The translations under genes were made by a program, and so were the position numbers. A stretch of 64,000 nt of DNA, taken from an uncultured Candidatus Saccharibacteria bacterium (GTDB lineage: Bacteria > Patescibacteriota > Minisyncoccia > Phycocordibacterales > UBA12088). This document shows, piece by piece, positions 1 to 9,841 of this stretch. The stretch is taken from contig CAZLUD010000002.1 of assembly GCA_964562615.1 (NCBI GenBank), positions 17,907 to 81,906 of the forward strand, read 5' to 3'. The first letter of the stretch is position 1. Every line of letters begins with the position of its first letter. Below the pieces are notes generated by a model. The model had not been told where the DNA came from and did not search any database. It saw nothing but the letters and a program-made list of their open reading frames with translations.

Positions 1-24
1 TTTTTTAAATACACCTACGACGGC

Positions 25-1251
25 GTGGCGGGGGTAGAGCGCTTGTATAATGACCAACTCTTAGGAGAAAACGGACTCACCCTGTTTGAAACCAACGCGC
101 AAGGAGAGCGTGAGTCTGAGTACTCGGTGTCACCTCCAAAGGATGGAACAAATTTAGTCTTATCAATAGATAGCAGAGTACAAGAGACACTGCATTCGCT
201 TATTGAGCGTACTGCAAAAGAGCGAGGGTTTGGAGGCGGGGCAGGTGTCATCATGGATGTCACCACCGGAGAAATAATCTCTCTAGTTAGTTATCCAGAG
301 TATAATAGTAACAATCTTGCCCAGGGTGACACCAAAAGCATTCAATCACTCTTAGATAGTGAACAAAAACCATTTCTTAATAGAGCAATTTCTGGGTTGT
401 ATGCACCTGGGTCAATTGTGAAGCCCTACATGGCGGCAGCCGCGCTTACCGAAGGCACCATCACTCCAAATACGGTCGTGCATAGTACGGGTAAATTGAT
501 CATTCCTAACCCGTATTTCCCCGATCAACCCACAGTGTATTCAGATTGGGGAGCACCCGCCCATGGTGATAACGAAGTGACACGCGCGCTTGCGATATCC
601 TCTAACGTATTTTTTCTTTCTGTTGGAGGAGGTGCAAATGGTATTGAGGGGCTTGGTATAGAACGCATAGAAAAATACATGCGAATGTTTGGTTTTGGAG
701 ATGTCGCAGGGCTACCACTCTCTGAAGAGGTGCGCGGTACTATACCTTCACCAGCATGGAAGAAAAATGCGTTTGATACCGAGTGGCGACTAGGTGACAC
801 CTACCTTACGTCTATTGGACAGTACGGCTTTCAGGTGTCACCCCTACAAGTTGCGCGTGCAGTAGCCAGCATTGCCTCGGGGTCATTAGTAACCCCCGTG
901 CTGGTACAAGGAGCTATGAGTACTACCACTAAGCTTGCTATTGATGATAGTGCATTTGCATTAGTGCGAAAGGGTATGCGTCGTGGTGTGCTCGAGGGTA
1001 CTGCTGGCGGTCTTAATGTGCCATACGTTTCAGTAGCAGCAAAAACTGGTACCGCAGAGCTCGGAGTATCAAAAGCAAATGTTAATTCGTGGGTAACCGG
1101 ATTCTTTCCGTATGAAAAACCTCGATATGCGTTTGTGATACTTATGGAGCGAGGTCCAAGTTCTAATACTATAGGAGGTGTGTATGTGATGCGTGGACTA
1201 CTTGATTGGATGCATGTCAACACACCAGAATATTTTGCAACTGAACCTTGA
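25..1251 (+). CDS. mrdA: Penicillin-binding protein 2 (transpeptidase), 5'-truncated at window edge
   Basis: SxxK (GSIVK), SxN (SSNV), KTG (AKTGT) motifs; NRAISGLYAPGS is typical of PBP2. Confidence 0.9.
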   Translation: MAGVERLYNDQLLGENGLTLFETNAQGERESEYSVSPPKDGTNLVLSIDSRVQETLHSLIERTAKERGFGGGAGVIMDVTTGEIISLVSYPEYNSNNLAQGDTKSIQSLLDSEQKPFLNRAISGLYAPGSIVKPYMAAAALTEGTITPNTVVHSTGKLIIPNPYFPDQPTVYSDWGAPAHGDNEVTRALAISSNVFFLSVGGGANGIEGLGIERIEKYMRMFGFGDVAGLPLSEEVRGTIPSPAWKKNAFDTEWRLGDTYLTSIGQYGFQVSPLQVARAVASIASGSLVTPVLVQGAMSTTTKLAIDDSAFALVRKGMRRGVLEGTAGGLNVPYVSVAAKTGTAELGVSKANVNSWVTGFFPYEKPRYAFVILMERGPSSNTIGGVYVMRGLLDWMHVNTPEYFATEP

Positions 1252-1314
1252 AATAGGTGCCATTGCTCCAATTTCTAAATACGGTATACTAGTCACCACA
1301 ACCTTATAATACAT

Positions 1315-1776
1315 ATGAAGCAAGAATATCTTTCACAAGAAAAATTTGATGAGCTAAAAAGCGAGCTTGATTACCTCAAAACAGTTAAGCGAAAAGAGAT
1401 TGCGGATAATCTTGAGTACGCACGATCGCTTGGCGATCTTTCTGAGAACGCCGAGTATCAAGAGGCGCGCGAGCTACAAGCATCAACCGAAGAGCGAATA
1501 AAAAAGATTGAAAGCATTCTTCAAAACGCACGCATTGTCTCACATACCAAAACCGACTCAGTCACTCTTGGCTCTGTGGTAACCATACAAAAGGACGGAG
1601 AAAAAGAAACCCACCGCTACGAAATAGTAGGGAGTGAAGAGGCAAATATGATCGAAAGAAAGATATCTCACCAATCACCACTTGGCGATGCGCTCATGGG
1701 TAAAAAGAAGAAGGACGCATTTGAATTTGAAACACCAAACGGCAAAATGAAGTATCGAATCGTCGACGTTGAATAA
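1315..1776 (+). CDS. greA: Transcription elongation factor GreA
   Basis: GDLSENAEY motif, C-terminal ISHQSPLG. Confidence 0.97.
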   Translation: MKQEYLSQEKFDELKSELDYLKTVKRKEIADNLEYARSLGDLSENAEYQEARELQASTEERIKKIESILQNARIVSHTKTDSVTLGSVVTIQKDGEKETHRYEIVGSEEANMIERKISHQSPLGDALMGKKKKDAFEFETPNGKMKYRIVDVE

Positions 1777-1837
1777 CGTTGACATTCTAGAGTATTGTTG
1801 TAATATCTTTTTGGCTTGTTCAAACTTGGAGGAAGAG

Positions 1838-2275
1838 ATGCGTCCGTTTCAATTTGAAACAGGTTTTGCTCACGTCAGATTTGATGGGGATTTAATCCCA
1901 AGATTCCTCAATGAAATAAAAACAGAATGGCAAATCTCAGATATTAGAGCAGAGATACTCGATGAAGTGTTAAATAAGAAAAGCACATGGTACGGAGAAG
2001 AGAGAAAGTTTCCTTTTGCAGACTTTCATGATTCGTTATCTCTTGATGATGGATTGCGAACAAAATTAACCAAAGGGAGAAATTGGCAATGTTTAGATTT
2101 ATTTCAAGTATTAGCTCATTTATACTTTTGTAGTTATTTAACTAAAGTTAATTTGTTTCTATTTAAGGAAAGTATAATGTGTGTCTTGTTGCCTGGGTCA
2201 TTTTGTAACATAATACTCAAAGTACGTACTTTACCAAGAGTATATGAAGGTTCTAGAATTTTCCTCCCGCAGTGA
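1838..2275 (+). CDS. Orphan hypothetical protein (AT-rich)
   Basis: ORF 1769-2275; start reassigned to ATG 1838 after GGAGG SD; own TTGACA at 1779 and downstream terminator. Confidence 0.6.
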   Translation: MRPFQFETGFAHVRFDGDLIPRFLNEIKTEWQISDIRAEILDEVLNKKSTWYGEERKFPFADFHDSLSLDDGLRTKLTKGRNWQCLDLFQVLAHLYFCSYLTKVNLFLFKESIMCVLLPGSFCNIILKVRTLPRVYEGSRIFLPQ

Positions 2276-2282
2276 AGGGACA

Positions 2283-2323
2283 TAGCCGACCGCAAGCTTG
2301 CTTGTGGTCGGCTAACCTTTTTT
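2283..2323 (+). terminator. Intrinsic terminator
   Basis: TAGCCGACCGCAAG/CTTGTGGTCGGCTA stem followed by T-tract. Confidence 0.75.
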
Positions 2324-2360
2324 ATTGAAAAAAGCTCAGATATTGATACGATAGGGATAC

Positions 2361-3824
2361 ATGGCATCTATAGACGACATTCGCGCTGAGCGCATCAAAA
2401 AGCTAGACCTACTTCAAGCGGCGGGTATGGACGCATATCCTGCTACAACCAATCGTACTCACTCCATCGCTACAATACATGATGCATTTGATAACTTTTC
2501 ACATTCAAGTGATGTGGTTGTTCTTGCCGGAAGAGTGCGATCATTTAGACAGCACGGGGGAGTTATTTTTGCAGATATCTTTGATGGCACGGCAACCATC
2601 CAAGTAATTTTTAAAAAGGACACCATAGGAGATGTACTGTTTACGCTTCTTGTTGATGCGGTAGATGCTAGTGATTTTATTGAAGTTACCGGCACCATTG
2701 CGCTTTCTAAAACTAATCAAGAGTCAATTGTTGCAACATCATGGCGAATGCTCGCAAAGAGCATTCGCCCAGTACCAGATGAGTGGTTTGGTATTAAAGA
2801 TGAGGATGAACGATACCGAAAGCGCTATCTTGATATGTTGCTGAGTGATGAGACACGAGCAATAGTCTACAAGCGCGCACTATTTTGGAAAACAATCAGA
2901 AACTTTTTAGAGGAGCGCGGGTATATCGCGGTTGAAACTCCTATACTTGAAAACACCACCGGTGGCGCCGATGCACGACCATTTGTCACTCACCACAACG
3001 CACTTGATATGGATGTGTACCTGCGTATCTCTGCAGGTGAGTTGTGGCAAAAGAAGCTCATGGTTGCCGGTATTCCTAAGGTGTACGAAATAGGAAGAAT
3101 CTTTAGAAACGAAGGCATGTCTGCGGAGCACCTTCAAGACTACACTCAGATGGAGTGCTATGAGGCGTATAGCGACTACCACAAGGGTATGGAAATGATT
3201 AAAGAGATGTATCAAAGAATCGCAAGGGATGTATTTGGAACAAGTACATTTACAATCCACGGACATACAGTACATCTTGATGGCGAATGGACTACGTATA
3301 ATTTTTGTGACGAGCTTATCAAGCAATATGGCATTGATCCACTTGCTACCACCACTGAGGCGGTAATAGATGCGCTCACCGCACACCACATCCCATTTGA
3401 TAAAAAAGAAATAAACCTTGAGCGAGGTGTCGACCTGTTGTGGAAAAAAATTAGAAAGGGTATCACCGGACCAGGATTTTTGATTGGGATACCAGTATAC
3501 CTAGAGCCGCTAGCAAAAAAGTCTGCGCAAGATGCGCGTGTGGTTGAACGGTTTCAAATTGTGCTTGCCGGTAGCGAAGTAGGCAAGGGATTTTCAGAAC
3601 TTAATAATCCACTAGATCAAGCAGAGCGATTTACGCAGCAACAAGCGCTTCGTGATAAGGGTGATGCCGAAGCACAGATGGCAGATTGGGAATATGTCGA
3701 AGCGATGGAGTACGGCATGCCGCCAACGTTTGGTTTTGGGGTAAGCGAACGCCTCTTTGCCTTTTTGATGGATAAACCTGTGCGCGAGACACAACTCTTT
3801 CCGCTGATGCGTCCACGCGAATAA
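2361..3824 (+). CDS. lysS: Lysine--tRNA ligase (class II)
   Basis: GGADARPF, YEIGRIFRNEG, EYGMPPTFGFG motifs. Confidence 0.97.
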   Translation: MASIDDIRAERIKKLDLLQAAGMDAYPATTNRTHSIATIHDAFDNFSHSSDVVVLAGRVRSFRQHGGVIFADIFDGTATIQVIFKKDTIGDVLFTLLVDAVDASDFIEVTGTIALSKTNQESIVATSWRMLAKSIRPVPDEWFGIKDEDERYRKRYLDMLLSDETRAIVYKRALFWKTIRNFLEERGYIAVETPILENTTGGADARPFVTHHNALDMDVYLRISAGELWQKKLMVAGIPKVYEIGRIFRNEGMSAEHLQDYTQMECYEAYSDYHKGMEMIKEMYQRIARDVFGTSTFTIHGHTVHLDGEWTTYNFCDELIKQYGIDPLATTTEAVIDALTAHHIPFDKKEINLERGVDLLWKKIRKGITGPGFLIGIPVYLEPLAKKSAQDARVVERFQIVLAGSEVGKGFSELNNPLDQAERFTQQQALRDKGDAEAQMADWEYVEAMEYGMPPTFGFGVSERLFAFLMDKPVRETQLFPLMRPRE

Positions 3825-3843
3825 TACTCCCGAGACACTTTTG

Positions 3844-3879
3844 ACAACACACCCCGAACATTGCGGGGTGTTTTGTTGT
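3844..3879 (+). terminator. Hairpin terminator after lysS
   Basis: ACAACACACCCCG...CGGGGTGTTTTGTTGT inverted repeat. Confidence 0.6.
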
Positions 3880-3898
3880 GGATAACACGTACCCATAA

Positions 3899-3944
3899 GT
3901 GGGGCAAAGTGTTGTACTATACATGAGCAGTGGGATAAAGTGGT
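3899..3944 (+). promoter_or_regulatory. MraZ binding direct repeats in mraZ promoter
   Basis: GTGGG/GTGTT (3899, 3909) and GTGGG/GTGGT (3930, 3940) pairs at 10-nt spacing just upstream of mraZ. Confidence 0.65.
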
Positions 3945-3956
3945 ATACCGAGAAAC

Positions 3957-4391
3957 ATGCTGATAGGAGAATACATTCACACACTCGACCCAAAAAAGCG
4001 TTTATCGCTCCCTGCTAAGTTTCGAAAGGAGCTTGGAAAAGGGGTGGTGGTAACACGAGGGCTCGATCACTGCTTGTGGGTGTATTCAACTAAAGAGTGG
4101 CATGTAATCGCAACACGACTCGCTGCACTGCCAATAGGGCAGGCGGATACAAGAGGGTTTGCACGTTTTATGTTTTCGGGTGCAACCGAGGTAGACATAG
4201 ACAGTGCAGGGAGAATGCTCATTCCAGACTTTCTCAAAACATTTGCAGGCCTTGAGAACAAAGTGGTACTCGCTGGTGCGCAAACACGAATTGAGATATG
4301 GAACGAAGCAGCATGGGAAGCGTACAAAATGCGTATCGAATCACAGGCAGATGTAATGGCTGAAAAACTTGGAGAGATAGGCATTGTATGA
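3957..4391 (+). CDS. mraZ: Division/cell wall cluster transcriptional repressor MraZ
   Basis: GEYIHTLDPKKRLSLPAKFR, DSAGRMLIP, IEIW motifs. Confidence 0.97.
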   Translation: MLIGEYIHTLDPKKRLSLPAKFRKELGKGVVVTRGLDHCLWVYSTKEWHVIATRLAALPIGQADTRGFARFMFSGATEVDIDSAGRMLIPDFLKTFAGLENKVVLAGAQTRIEIWNEAAWEAYKMRIESQADVMAEKLGEIGIV

Positions 4392-5284
4392 CCACCCATA
4401 TCCCCGTTCTTCGAAATGAAGCAATAGAAGCACTCCTCATCAACGACCATGATGTGGTGGTAGACGCTACCCTTGGTGGAGCCGGGTATGCCAAAGACAT
4501 TGTTGGCAAGCTCTCAGCAGACGGGGTATTTGTCGGCATAGATGCTGATGCAAAGGCAATTGCCCGCGCACAGCTGGCGCTTAAAGGCGCCAAGCCAACC
4601 ACGTATCTTGTAAACACCAATTTTAGACATATCGGTGTCGTACTTGATGAGCTTCATATTGCTACGGTTAATAAAGTTGTCTTTGACCTTGGTCTATCCT
4701 CGTATCAGCTTGAAGAAGGCGAGAGAGGGTTCACCTTTCAAAAAGACGAACCACTTATTATGACGTTTGCTACCGAGACGCTTCCTCATGAGAGAACTGC
4801 TCGAGACATAGTAAATGAGGACAGTGTTGAAGCGCTTACTACCATGCTCTTTACCTACGGAGATGAAAAGTACGCACGTCGAATTGCAACAGCAATTGTA
4901 AGTGAGCGAGCGATTGCACCAATAGAAACTACTGGTGCGCTCGTAGCCATCATAGAGAAGGCAGTCCCGGTGGTATACAAAAAGCAACGGACACATCCTG
5001 CCACACGAACGTTTCAAGCACTTAGGATTGCAGTCAATGAAGAGTACGACGCGCTTACAGAAACACTCACCACCGCAATAAGCAGACTAAGCAGTAAAGG
5101 AAGGATAGCAGTAGTGAGCTTTCATAGCGGAGAGGACAGAATTGTAAAAACGATTTTTCGGGAGGCGGCACAAAACGGTAGTGGGGTGCGTGTAACTAAA
5201 AAGCCAATTGTGCCGCGCCCCGAGGAAGTCGAACACAATCCTCGTTCACGAAGCGCAAAATTACGGGTATTTGAAGCACTATGA
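4388..5284 (+). CDS. rsmH: 16S rRNA m4C1402 methyltransferase
   Basis: HIPVL, DATLGGAG, HPATRTFQALRIAVN, NPRSRSAKLR. Confidence 0.97.
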   Translation: MTTHIPVLRNEAIEALLINDHDVVVDATLGGAGYAKDIVGKLSADGVFVGIDADAKAIARAQLALKGAKPTTYLVNTNFRHIGVVLDELHIATVNKVVFDLGLSSYQLEEGERGFTFQKDEPLIMTFATETLPHERTARDIVNEDSVEALTTMLFTYGDEKYARRIATAIVSERAIAPIETTGALVAIIEKAVPVVYKKQRTHPATRTFQALRIAVNEEYDALTETLTTAISRLSSKGRIAVVSFHSGEDRIVKTIFREAAQNGSGVRVTKKPIVPRPEEVEHNPRSRSAKLRVFEAL

Positions 5285-5592
5285 ACAGACGAATATCATC
5301 ATTATTTTTATACACAGACGAAAAGGCGGTATATGCCTCTTTTGTGCTGACGCTTGTTTGCTTTTTTGCATATATCTATTTTGTGAGTGTGTCTATTGTT
5401 GAGGTGGTAGTACGTGAAGAGTTGGTAGAAAAGGTAGGTGAAGTAGCGACGGGTATTTCGGTACGAGAATCAGAGTACATTGCTCTAAAGGCATCAATCA
5501 ACGAATCAGAAATGGAGCGAATGGGTCTTGCATCACTTTCAGGAAAGACATATGTCACGGTGAAGGTGGCATCGCTGTCACTTAATCAGTAA
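5281..5592 (+). CDS. FtsL-like membrane protein
   Basis: Single TM plus coiled coil, located between rsmH and ftsI. Confidence 0.6.
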   Translation: MNRRISSLFLYTDEKAVYASFVLTLVCFFAYIYFVSVSIVEVVVREELVEKVGEVATGISVRESEYIALKASINESEMERMGLASLSGKTYVTVKVASLSLNQ

Positions 5593-5602
5593 TTAGTGCG
5601 AC

Positions 5603-7315
5603 ATGAGAAGAGTGTTTTTGGTGAGAGTTCGCATTATACTCGTCTGTGTCATATTATTTGCACTACTTATCGTGGGAAGACTGTACCACGTACAGATACT
5701 GAACGGTGAGGAGTACACTGATCGCGCCGAGCGACAGTACCTCCGCCCAGGAAAAAATCTATTTGATAGAGGTTCAATCTTTTTTACCAACAAAGACGGA
5801 AGCAAAGTATCAGCGGCAACCATTAAGCGTGGCTTTGGTATCGCCCTTGATCCTCGAGTGCTTGAGCACCCTGATGAGGCATACTACATGCTCAAAGACT
5901 ATCTCCCTCTTGATGAGGAGGACTTTTTGCATCGTGCAGCAAAACAAAATGATGCGTATGAAGAGATTGCCCATAAGGTAGAGGCTGAGATCGGGGGCAA
6001 TATAAAAGCGAGACAGGTAGAAGGGGTAAATGTAATACGAGAGCAGTGGCGATACTATCCGGGTAATTCGCTTGCGTCACACGTGATTGGCTTTGTGGGA
6101 TACGATGGAGATAATCGAGTGGGTATGTATGGACTAGAGCGAAAATTTAATGATGTCCTTACCCGAGAGGATGGCGGTGCGTCACTTAATTTTTTTGCAG
6201 AGCTATTTACCTCCCTTGGAGAAACTCTGTTTGAATCTGATACCGAGCGTGATGGCGACTTGGTGCTTACTATTGAACCTACGGTACAGTTGTCTCTTGA
6301 AGATACTTTACAAGATATCAAAGACGAGTGGGGATCAAAGACTATTGGCGGCATTATTATCAATCCAAAAACGGGCGAAATATACGCCATGGCAGCGTAT
6401 CCAACCTATAACCTTAATGAGTATGGCGCGGTAGATGACCCGGTTGTGTATAAAAATCCTTTGGTAGAAAACGTGTACGAGATGGGCTCTATCATCAAAC
6501 CCCTTACCATGGCAGCGGGCATTGATGCGGGCGCCGTATCACCAACCACCACGTACTATGATGGCGGCACGCTTACCCTTGATGGCTATACTATTTCAAA
6601 CTTTGACGGAAAGGGAAGAGGCACTGTGAGCATGCAAGAAGTATTAAGCCAGTCACTCAATACAGGTGTTGCCTATGTGGTTGATAAAATGGGACACGAA
6701 GCATTTAAGCGCTACATGCTAGGTTATGGACTAGGTACCACAACCGGCATAGACCTTCCTAATGAATCTTCAGGTATTATCACCAACCTCACTTCGCCAC
6801 GATCAATCGAGTACGCAACCGCCTCATTTGGGCAGGGTATTGCGCTTACCCCTATACAAACTGTTTCTGCACTCTCTGTGCTTGCTAATGGCGGTACACG
6901 CATCACGCCCCATGTTGTAAAGGCGATAGACTACAAAGCCTTTCCAACCGCAGCGGTATCCCCAAAGGTTGGCGATGAGGTACTCTCTCTAAGTACGAGC
7001 CTTACCATATCGCGAATGCTTGTTGAGGTGGTAGATAAAGCACTGAGAAACGGCGAGGTAAAAAAGGAACACTATAGTATTGCCGCCAAAACGGGTACTG
7101 CCCAGATTGCCAAGTCTGGGTCGCGTGGCTACTATGATGATAGGTACCTCCATTCATTCTTTGGATACTTTCCTGCCTATGATCCAACATTTCTGGTATT
7201 CTTATTCCATACAGAACCAGTCGGAGCGAGGTACTCATCAGAAACACTCACCAAACCATTTATTGACCTTACCGACTTTCTCATTAACTATTACGAAGTT
7301 CCACCAGATAGATAA
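5603..7315 (+). CDS. ftsI: Peptidoglycan transpeptidase FtsI/PBP3
   Basis: N-terminal TM, RGSIF, RYYP, YEMGSIIK, SLN, KTGTAQ; dcw position. Confidence 0.9.
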   Translation: MRRVFLVRVRIILVCVILFALLIVGRLYHVQILNGEEYTDRAERQYLRPGKNLFDRGSIFFTNKDGSKVSAATIKRGFGIALDPRVLEHPDEAYYMLKDYLPLDEEDFLHRAAKQNDAYEEIAHKVEAEIGGNIKARQVEGVNVIREQWRYYPGNSLASHVIGFVGYDGDNRVGMYGLERKFNDVLTREDGGASLNFFAELFTSLGETLFESDTERDGDLVLTIEPTVQLSLEDTLQDIKDEWGSKTIGGIIINPKTGEIYAMAAYPTYNLNEYGAVDDPVVYKNPLVENVYEMGSIIKPLTMAAGIDAGAVSPTTTYYDGGTLTLDGYTISNFDGKGRGTVSMQEVLSQSLNTGVAYVVDKMGHEAFKRYMLGYGLGTTTGIDLPNESSGIITNLTSPRSIEYATASFGQGIALTPIQTVSALSVLANGGTRITPHVVKAIDYKAFPTAAVSPKVGDEVLSLSTSLTISRMLVEVVDKALRNGEVKKEHYSIAAKTGTAQIAKSGSRGYYDDRYLHSFFGYFPAYDPTFLVFLFHTEPVGARYSSETLTKPFIDLTDFLINYYEVPPDR

Positions 7316-8622
7316 TGTATTGTATGCAAGCAAAAGACATTTTTAGAAAGATCATACTCTTTATTATCACCATAGAGGCAAAGCTTATTCTCAAAAAGTA
7401 TAAGCCAAAGATAGTAGCAGTTGCCGGAAGTGTTGGAAAAACCTCTACTAAGGATGCGGTCTATACCGCGCTATCGAGTACCTTTCATACTCGAAAAAGT
7501 GAAAAAAGTTTTAACAGTGACTTTGGGGTACCCCTTACGATACTTGGTGTTGGCAATGGGTGGTATGACCCAATGGTGTGGATTAAAAATATTTTGATCG
7601 GTCTTAACCTTCTTGTTTTCAAAGAAAAATATCCTGAGTGGTTAGTCCTTGAGATTGGCGCAGATAGACCAGGTGATATTGCCTCACTTATGGCGTGGAT
7701 ACAACCACACATAAGTGTCCTTACACGATTTCCTGAGGTGCCGGTTCATGTAGAGTTTTTTTCTTCACCTGAAGAGCTATACAAAGAAGATTTTCTTATC
7801 GCTGACGCACTCCCTGCTGATGGGGTGTTGGTTATCAATGATGATGATGAGCGACAGCGCACATATGAGCTAAAGTCACCTGCATCCACCATAACGTATG
7901 GATTTTCTCAAGATGCAGAGGTACGAGGCTCTGGGGTACAGTTTCGTTATACCGACAAGCAGGTGCGGGGAGTCGCGTTTAGAATTCGCGAAAGCGATCA
8001 CAAAGCAGAGGTGATAGAGCTAGACGGCTCACTGGGGGTACAACACGCGTACCCTGTCCTTGCCGCATTTGCGGTAGGAAAGACCCTCGCAATACCATTT
8101 GATACCCTACAGCAGGCATTTGCTACCTATGACCCCCCACGAGGCAGAATGCGCCTTATAAAGGGCATAAAGCACTCTATTATCATAGATGACACGTATA
8201 ACTCGTCACCTATTGCTGTGGCGCATGCCCTTACCGCACTTCATGATGTGGTTGCCAAAGGCAAAAAGATAGCCATTCTTGGAGACATGCTTGAACTTGG
8301 CGAGTATTCAACAGAAGCACACAAAGAAGTAGGGAGGCAGGTAGCAGGAGTGGTAGACGAGCTGTATACCGTAGGGATACGTGCTCGTATGATTGCCACC
8401 AGCGCACATGAAAGCGGTCTTGCAACTGAGCATATTCACGCCTTTGATGATGCAACCACCTGCGCTAACGCCCTTGAGCCTTTCCTTGCTGAAGGCGATG
8501 TAGTACTCATTAAAGGATCGCAATCAATCCGCCTTGAAAAGGCAGTAGAAGAGCTCATGCAAGAACCAGAAAAAAAGACAGAACTACTTGTACGCCAAGA
8601 TTCTGCGTGGCTTGACAAATAG
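7315..8622 (+). CDS. murF: UDP-N-acetylmuramoyl-tripeptide--D-Ala-D-Ala ligase (MurF-like)
   Basis: GSVGKTSTK P-loop, DDTYNSSP, LGDMLELG, LIKGSQ. Confidence 0.85.
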   Translation: MYCMQAKDIFRKIILFIITIEAKLILKKYKPKIVAVAGSVGKTSTKDAVYTALSSTFHTRKSEKSFNSDFGVPLTILGVGNGWYDPMVWIKNILIGLNLLVFKEKYPEWLVLEIGADRPGDIASLMAWIQPHISVLTRFPEVPVHVEFFSSPEELYKEDFLIADALPADGVLVINDDDERQRTYELKSPASTITYGFSQDAEVRGSGVQFRYTDKQVRGVAFRIRESDHKAEVIELDGSLGVQHAYPVLAAFAVGKTLAIPFDTLQQAFATYDPPRGRMRLIKGIKHSIIIDDTYNSSPIAVAHALTALHDVVAKGKKIAILGDMLELGEYSTEAHKEVGRQVAGVVDELYTVGIRARMIATSAHESGLATEHIHAFDDATTCANALEPFLAEGDVVLIKGSQSIRLEKAVEELMQEPEKKTELLVRQDSAWLDK

Positions 8623-8663
8623 CCACAAGTATCGAGAATACATACAGCAACATGGAGGCGGGC

Positions 8664-8921
8664 ATGAGCGACACAAGAGTCGTGGTTCAAAAAATTCTTG
8701 AAGATGTACAAAGGATAAGGAGAGAAAAAGTACCACACAAAACCTTGCCCAAAATAAGTTCAGGTATGAGAGTGAAAATTCAAATTGGGCATAGCAGTTT
8801 CATCGGAACTGCTGTAGCGGATAGCTATAGGGGATTTGTCTCTGTCAATTATATTGGTCCAGATGGATCGGAAGAAACTAGATCAATTAGTTTGCGATTG
8901 GCAACCCGCATACAAGAATAG
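8664..8921 (+). CDS. Orphan small protein, possible SH3/KOW-like beta domain
   Basis: GGAGG SD before ATG 8664, TTGACA at 8612, hairpin at 8946. Confidence 0.55.
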   Translation: MSDTRVVVQKILEDVQRIRREKVPHKTLPKISSGMRVKIQIGHSSFIGTAVADSYRGFVSVNYIGPDGSEETRSISLRLATRIQE

Positions 8922-8945
8922 ATATCAAGTAATCAAAAGGTGGGT

Positions 8946-8978
8946 AATGAAGGGGTCAATTCGTTGACCCCTTCATTT
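8946..8978 (+). terminator. Hairpin terminator
   Basis: AATGAAGGGGTCAA-ttcg-TTGACCCCTTCATT perfect stem. Confidence 0.7.
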
Positions 8979-9019
8979 ATTGCATTTAAGGCCATTTTCC
9001 TCCATAATCGTAACTACTT

Positions 9020-9091
9020 GGCCCTATCGTCTAACGGTTAGGACGGAGCCTTCTCAAGGCTTAAATCGGGGTTCGATTCCCCGTAGGGTCA
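9020..9091 (+). tRNA. tRNA-Glu(CTC), CCA not encoded
   Basis: Cloverleaf: acceptor GGCCCTA/TAGGGTC, anticodon arm GAGCC-TT CTC AA-GGCTT, T-loop GTTCGATTC; promoter TTGCAT-17-CATAAT upstream. Confidence 0.95.
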
Positions 9092-9278
9092 CAAATCGGC
9101 CGACCGAATACGCGAATGCGTTTCGGTCGTTGCCGTTTGTAGGCACTACGGGGAATCGAACGACGGAGGCGGTATACAAGAACCGAAGCGAAGCGTAGGT
9201 TGCTTGTCGCCGAGTCGCGACCAGCGTGCTTAGCCAGAATGGCTTAGCAAAAGCGGGTCGATTCCCCGTAGGGTCACA
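9089..9278 (+). repeat. Left direct repeat (copy at 14317-14560, which carries an insertion)
   Basis: 9089-9222 = 14317-14450; 9217-9278 = 14499-14560. Confidence 0.9.
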
Positions 9279-9297
9279 AATCGAGACGAAGTCTCGT

Positions 9298-9539
9298 TTT
9301 GTGATGAAATACTAGCCTTTGCTCGAACCCATTTCGAGAAAAGACCATAACTACAACGCGTCGAGCGCGTGGTGGCTTTGTACTTCTGCGTACGCATTGG
9401 GGTGTGGCGCGCCTCGCCACTCGCTAATCGCTCGCCCCCAACCAATGAAATATCCTTACTTTTTGATTTTTCGGTGGAGGGGTCTGGGGAGGAGCCGACA
9501 AAAAATTGAAAGGATATTTCTTTGGTTTGGGGTCGCCGC
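9298..9539 (+). repeat. 242-bp inverted repeat, left copy
   Basis: Reverse complement of 14082-14323; the ORF track gives identical translations on opposite strands. Confidence 0.95.
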
Positions 9540-9565
9540 CATGAGTCTAGAAATAAGATTTTGTC

Positions 9566-9626
9566 CACGATCAAACTATTATACTTTAATATAATAGTCG
9601 TGTATAATGTAAGAGTTGGGTATAAT
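9566..9626 (+). promoter_or_regulatory. Putative controller-protein operator and promoter
   Basis: ACTATTATA-N6-TATAATAGT palindrome (9575-9598), TATAAT at 9621, 7 nt before ATG. Confidence 0.55.
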
Positions 9627-9633
9627 TGTGGAG

Positions 9634-9837
9634 ATGAATGATTCCGCAAAGCTCGGCATGAATTTGAAAAAAATTCGCGAAGCGAAAAATATGTCTCAAG
9701 GTGACGTTATGCGCGTTATGGGTTGCAGTCGTAGTTATGTTAGCAACATCGAAAATGGAAAGACAAACCCCACCCTTGAGACAATTTCAAAACTAGCGAA
9801 GGTACTCGATGTAAGCACCATTGAGCTATTAAAATAG
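9634..9837 (+). CDS. XRE-family HTH regulator (R-M controller C-protein-like)
   Basis: LKKIREAKNMSQ...SYVSNIENGKTNPTLETI; first gene of the MTase operon. Confidence 0.85.
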   Translation: MNDSAKLGMNLKKIREAKNMSQGDVMRVMGCSRSYVSNIENGKTNPTLETISKLAKVLDVSTIELLK

Positions 9838-9841
9838 AATT

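Noticed and set aside
3877-3885. Perfect DnaA box (TGTGGATAA)
   Set aside because: Single box with no cluster, AT-rich unwinding element or dnaA; not oriC
9230-9649. ORFs 9230-9649(-) and 9319-9594(+) and their mirrors 13967-14302(-), 14029-14370(+)
   Set aside because: They are translations of the non-coding 242-bp inverted repeat, diverge at the repeat boundary and show no protein motifs
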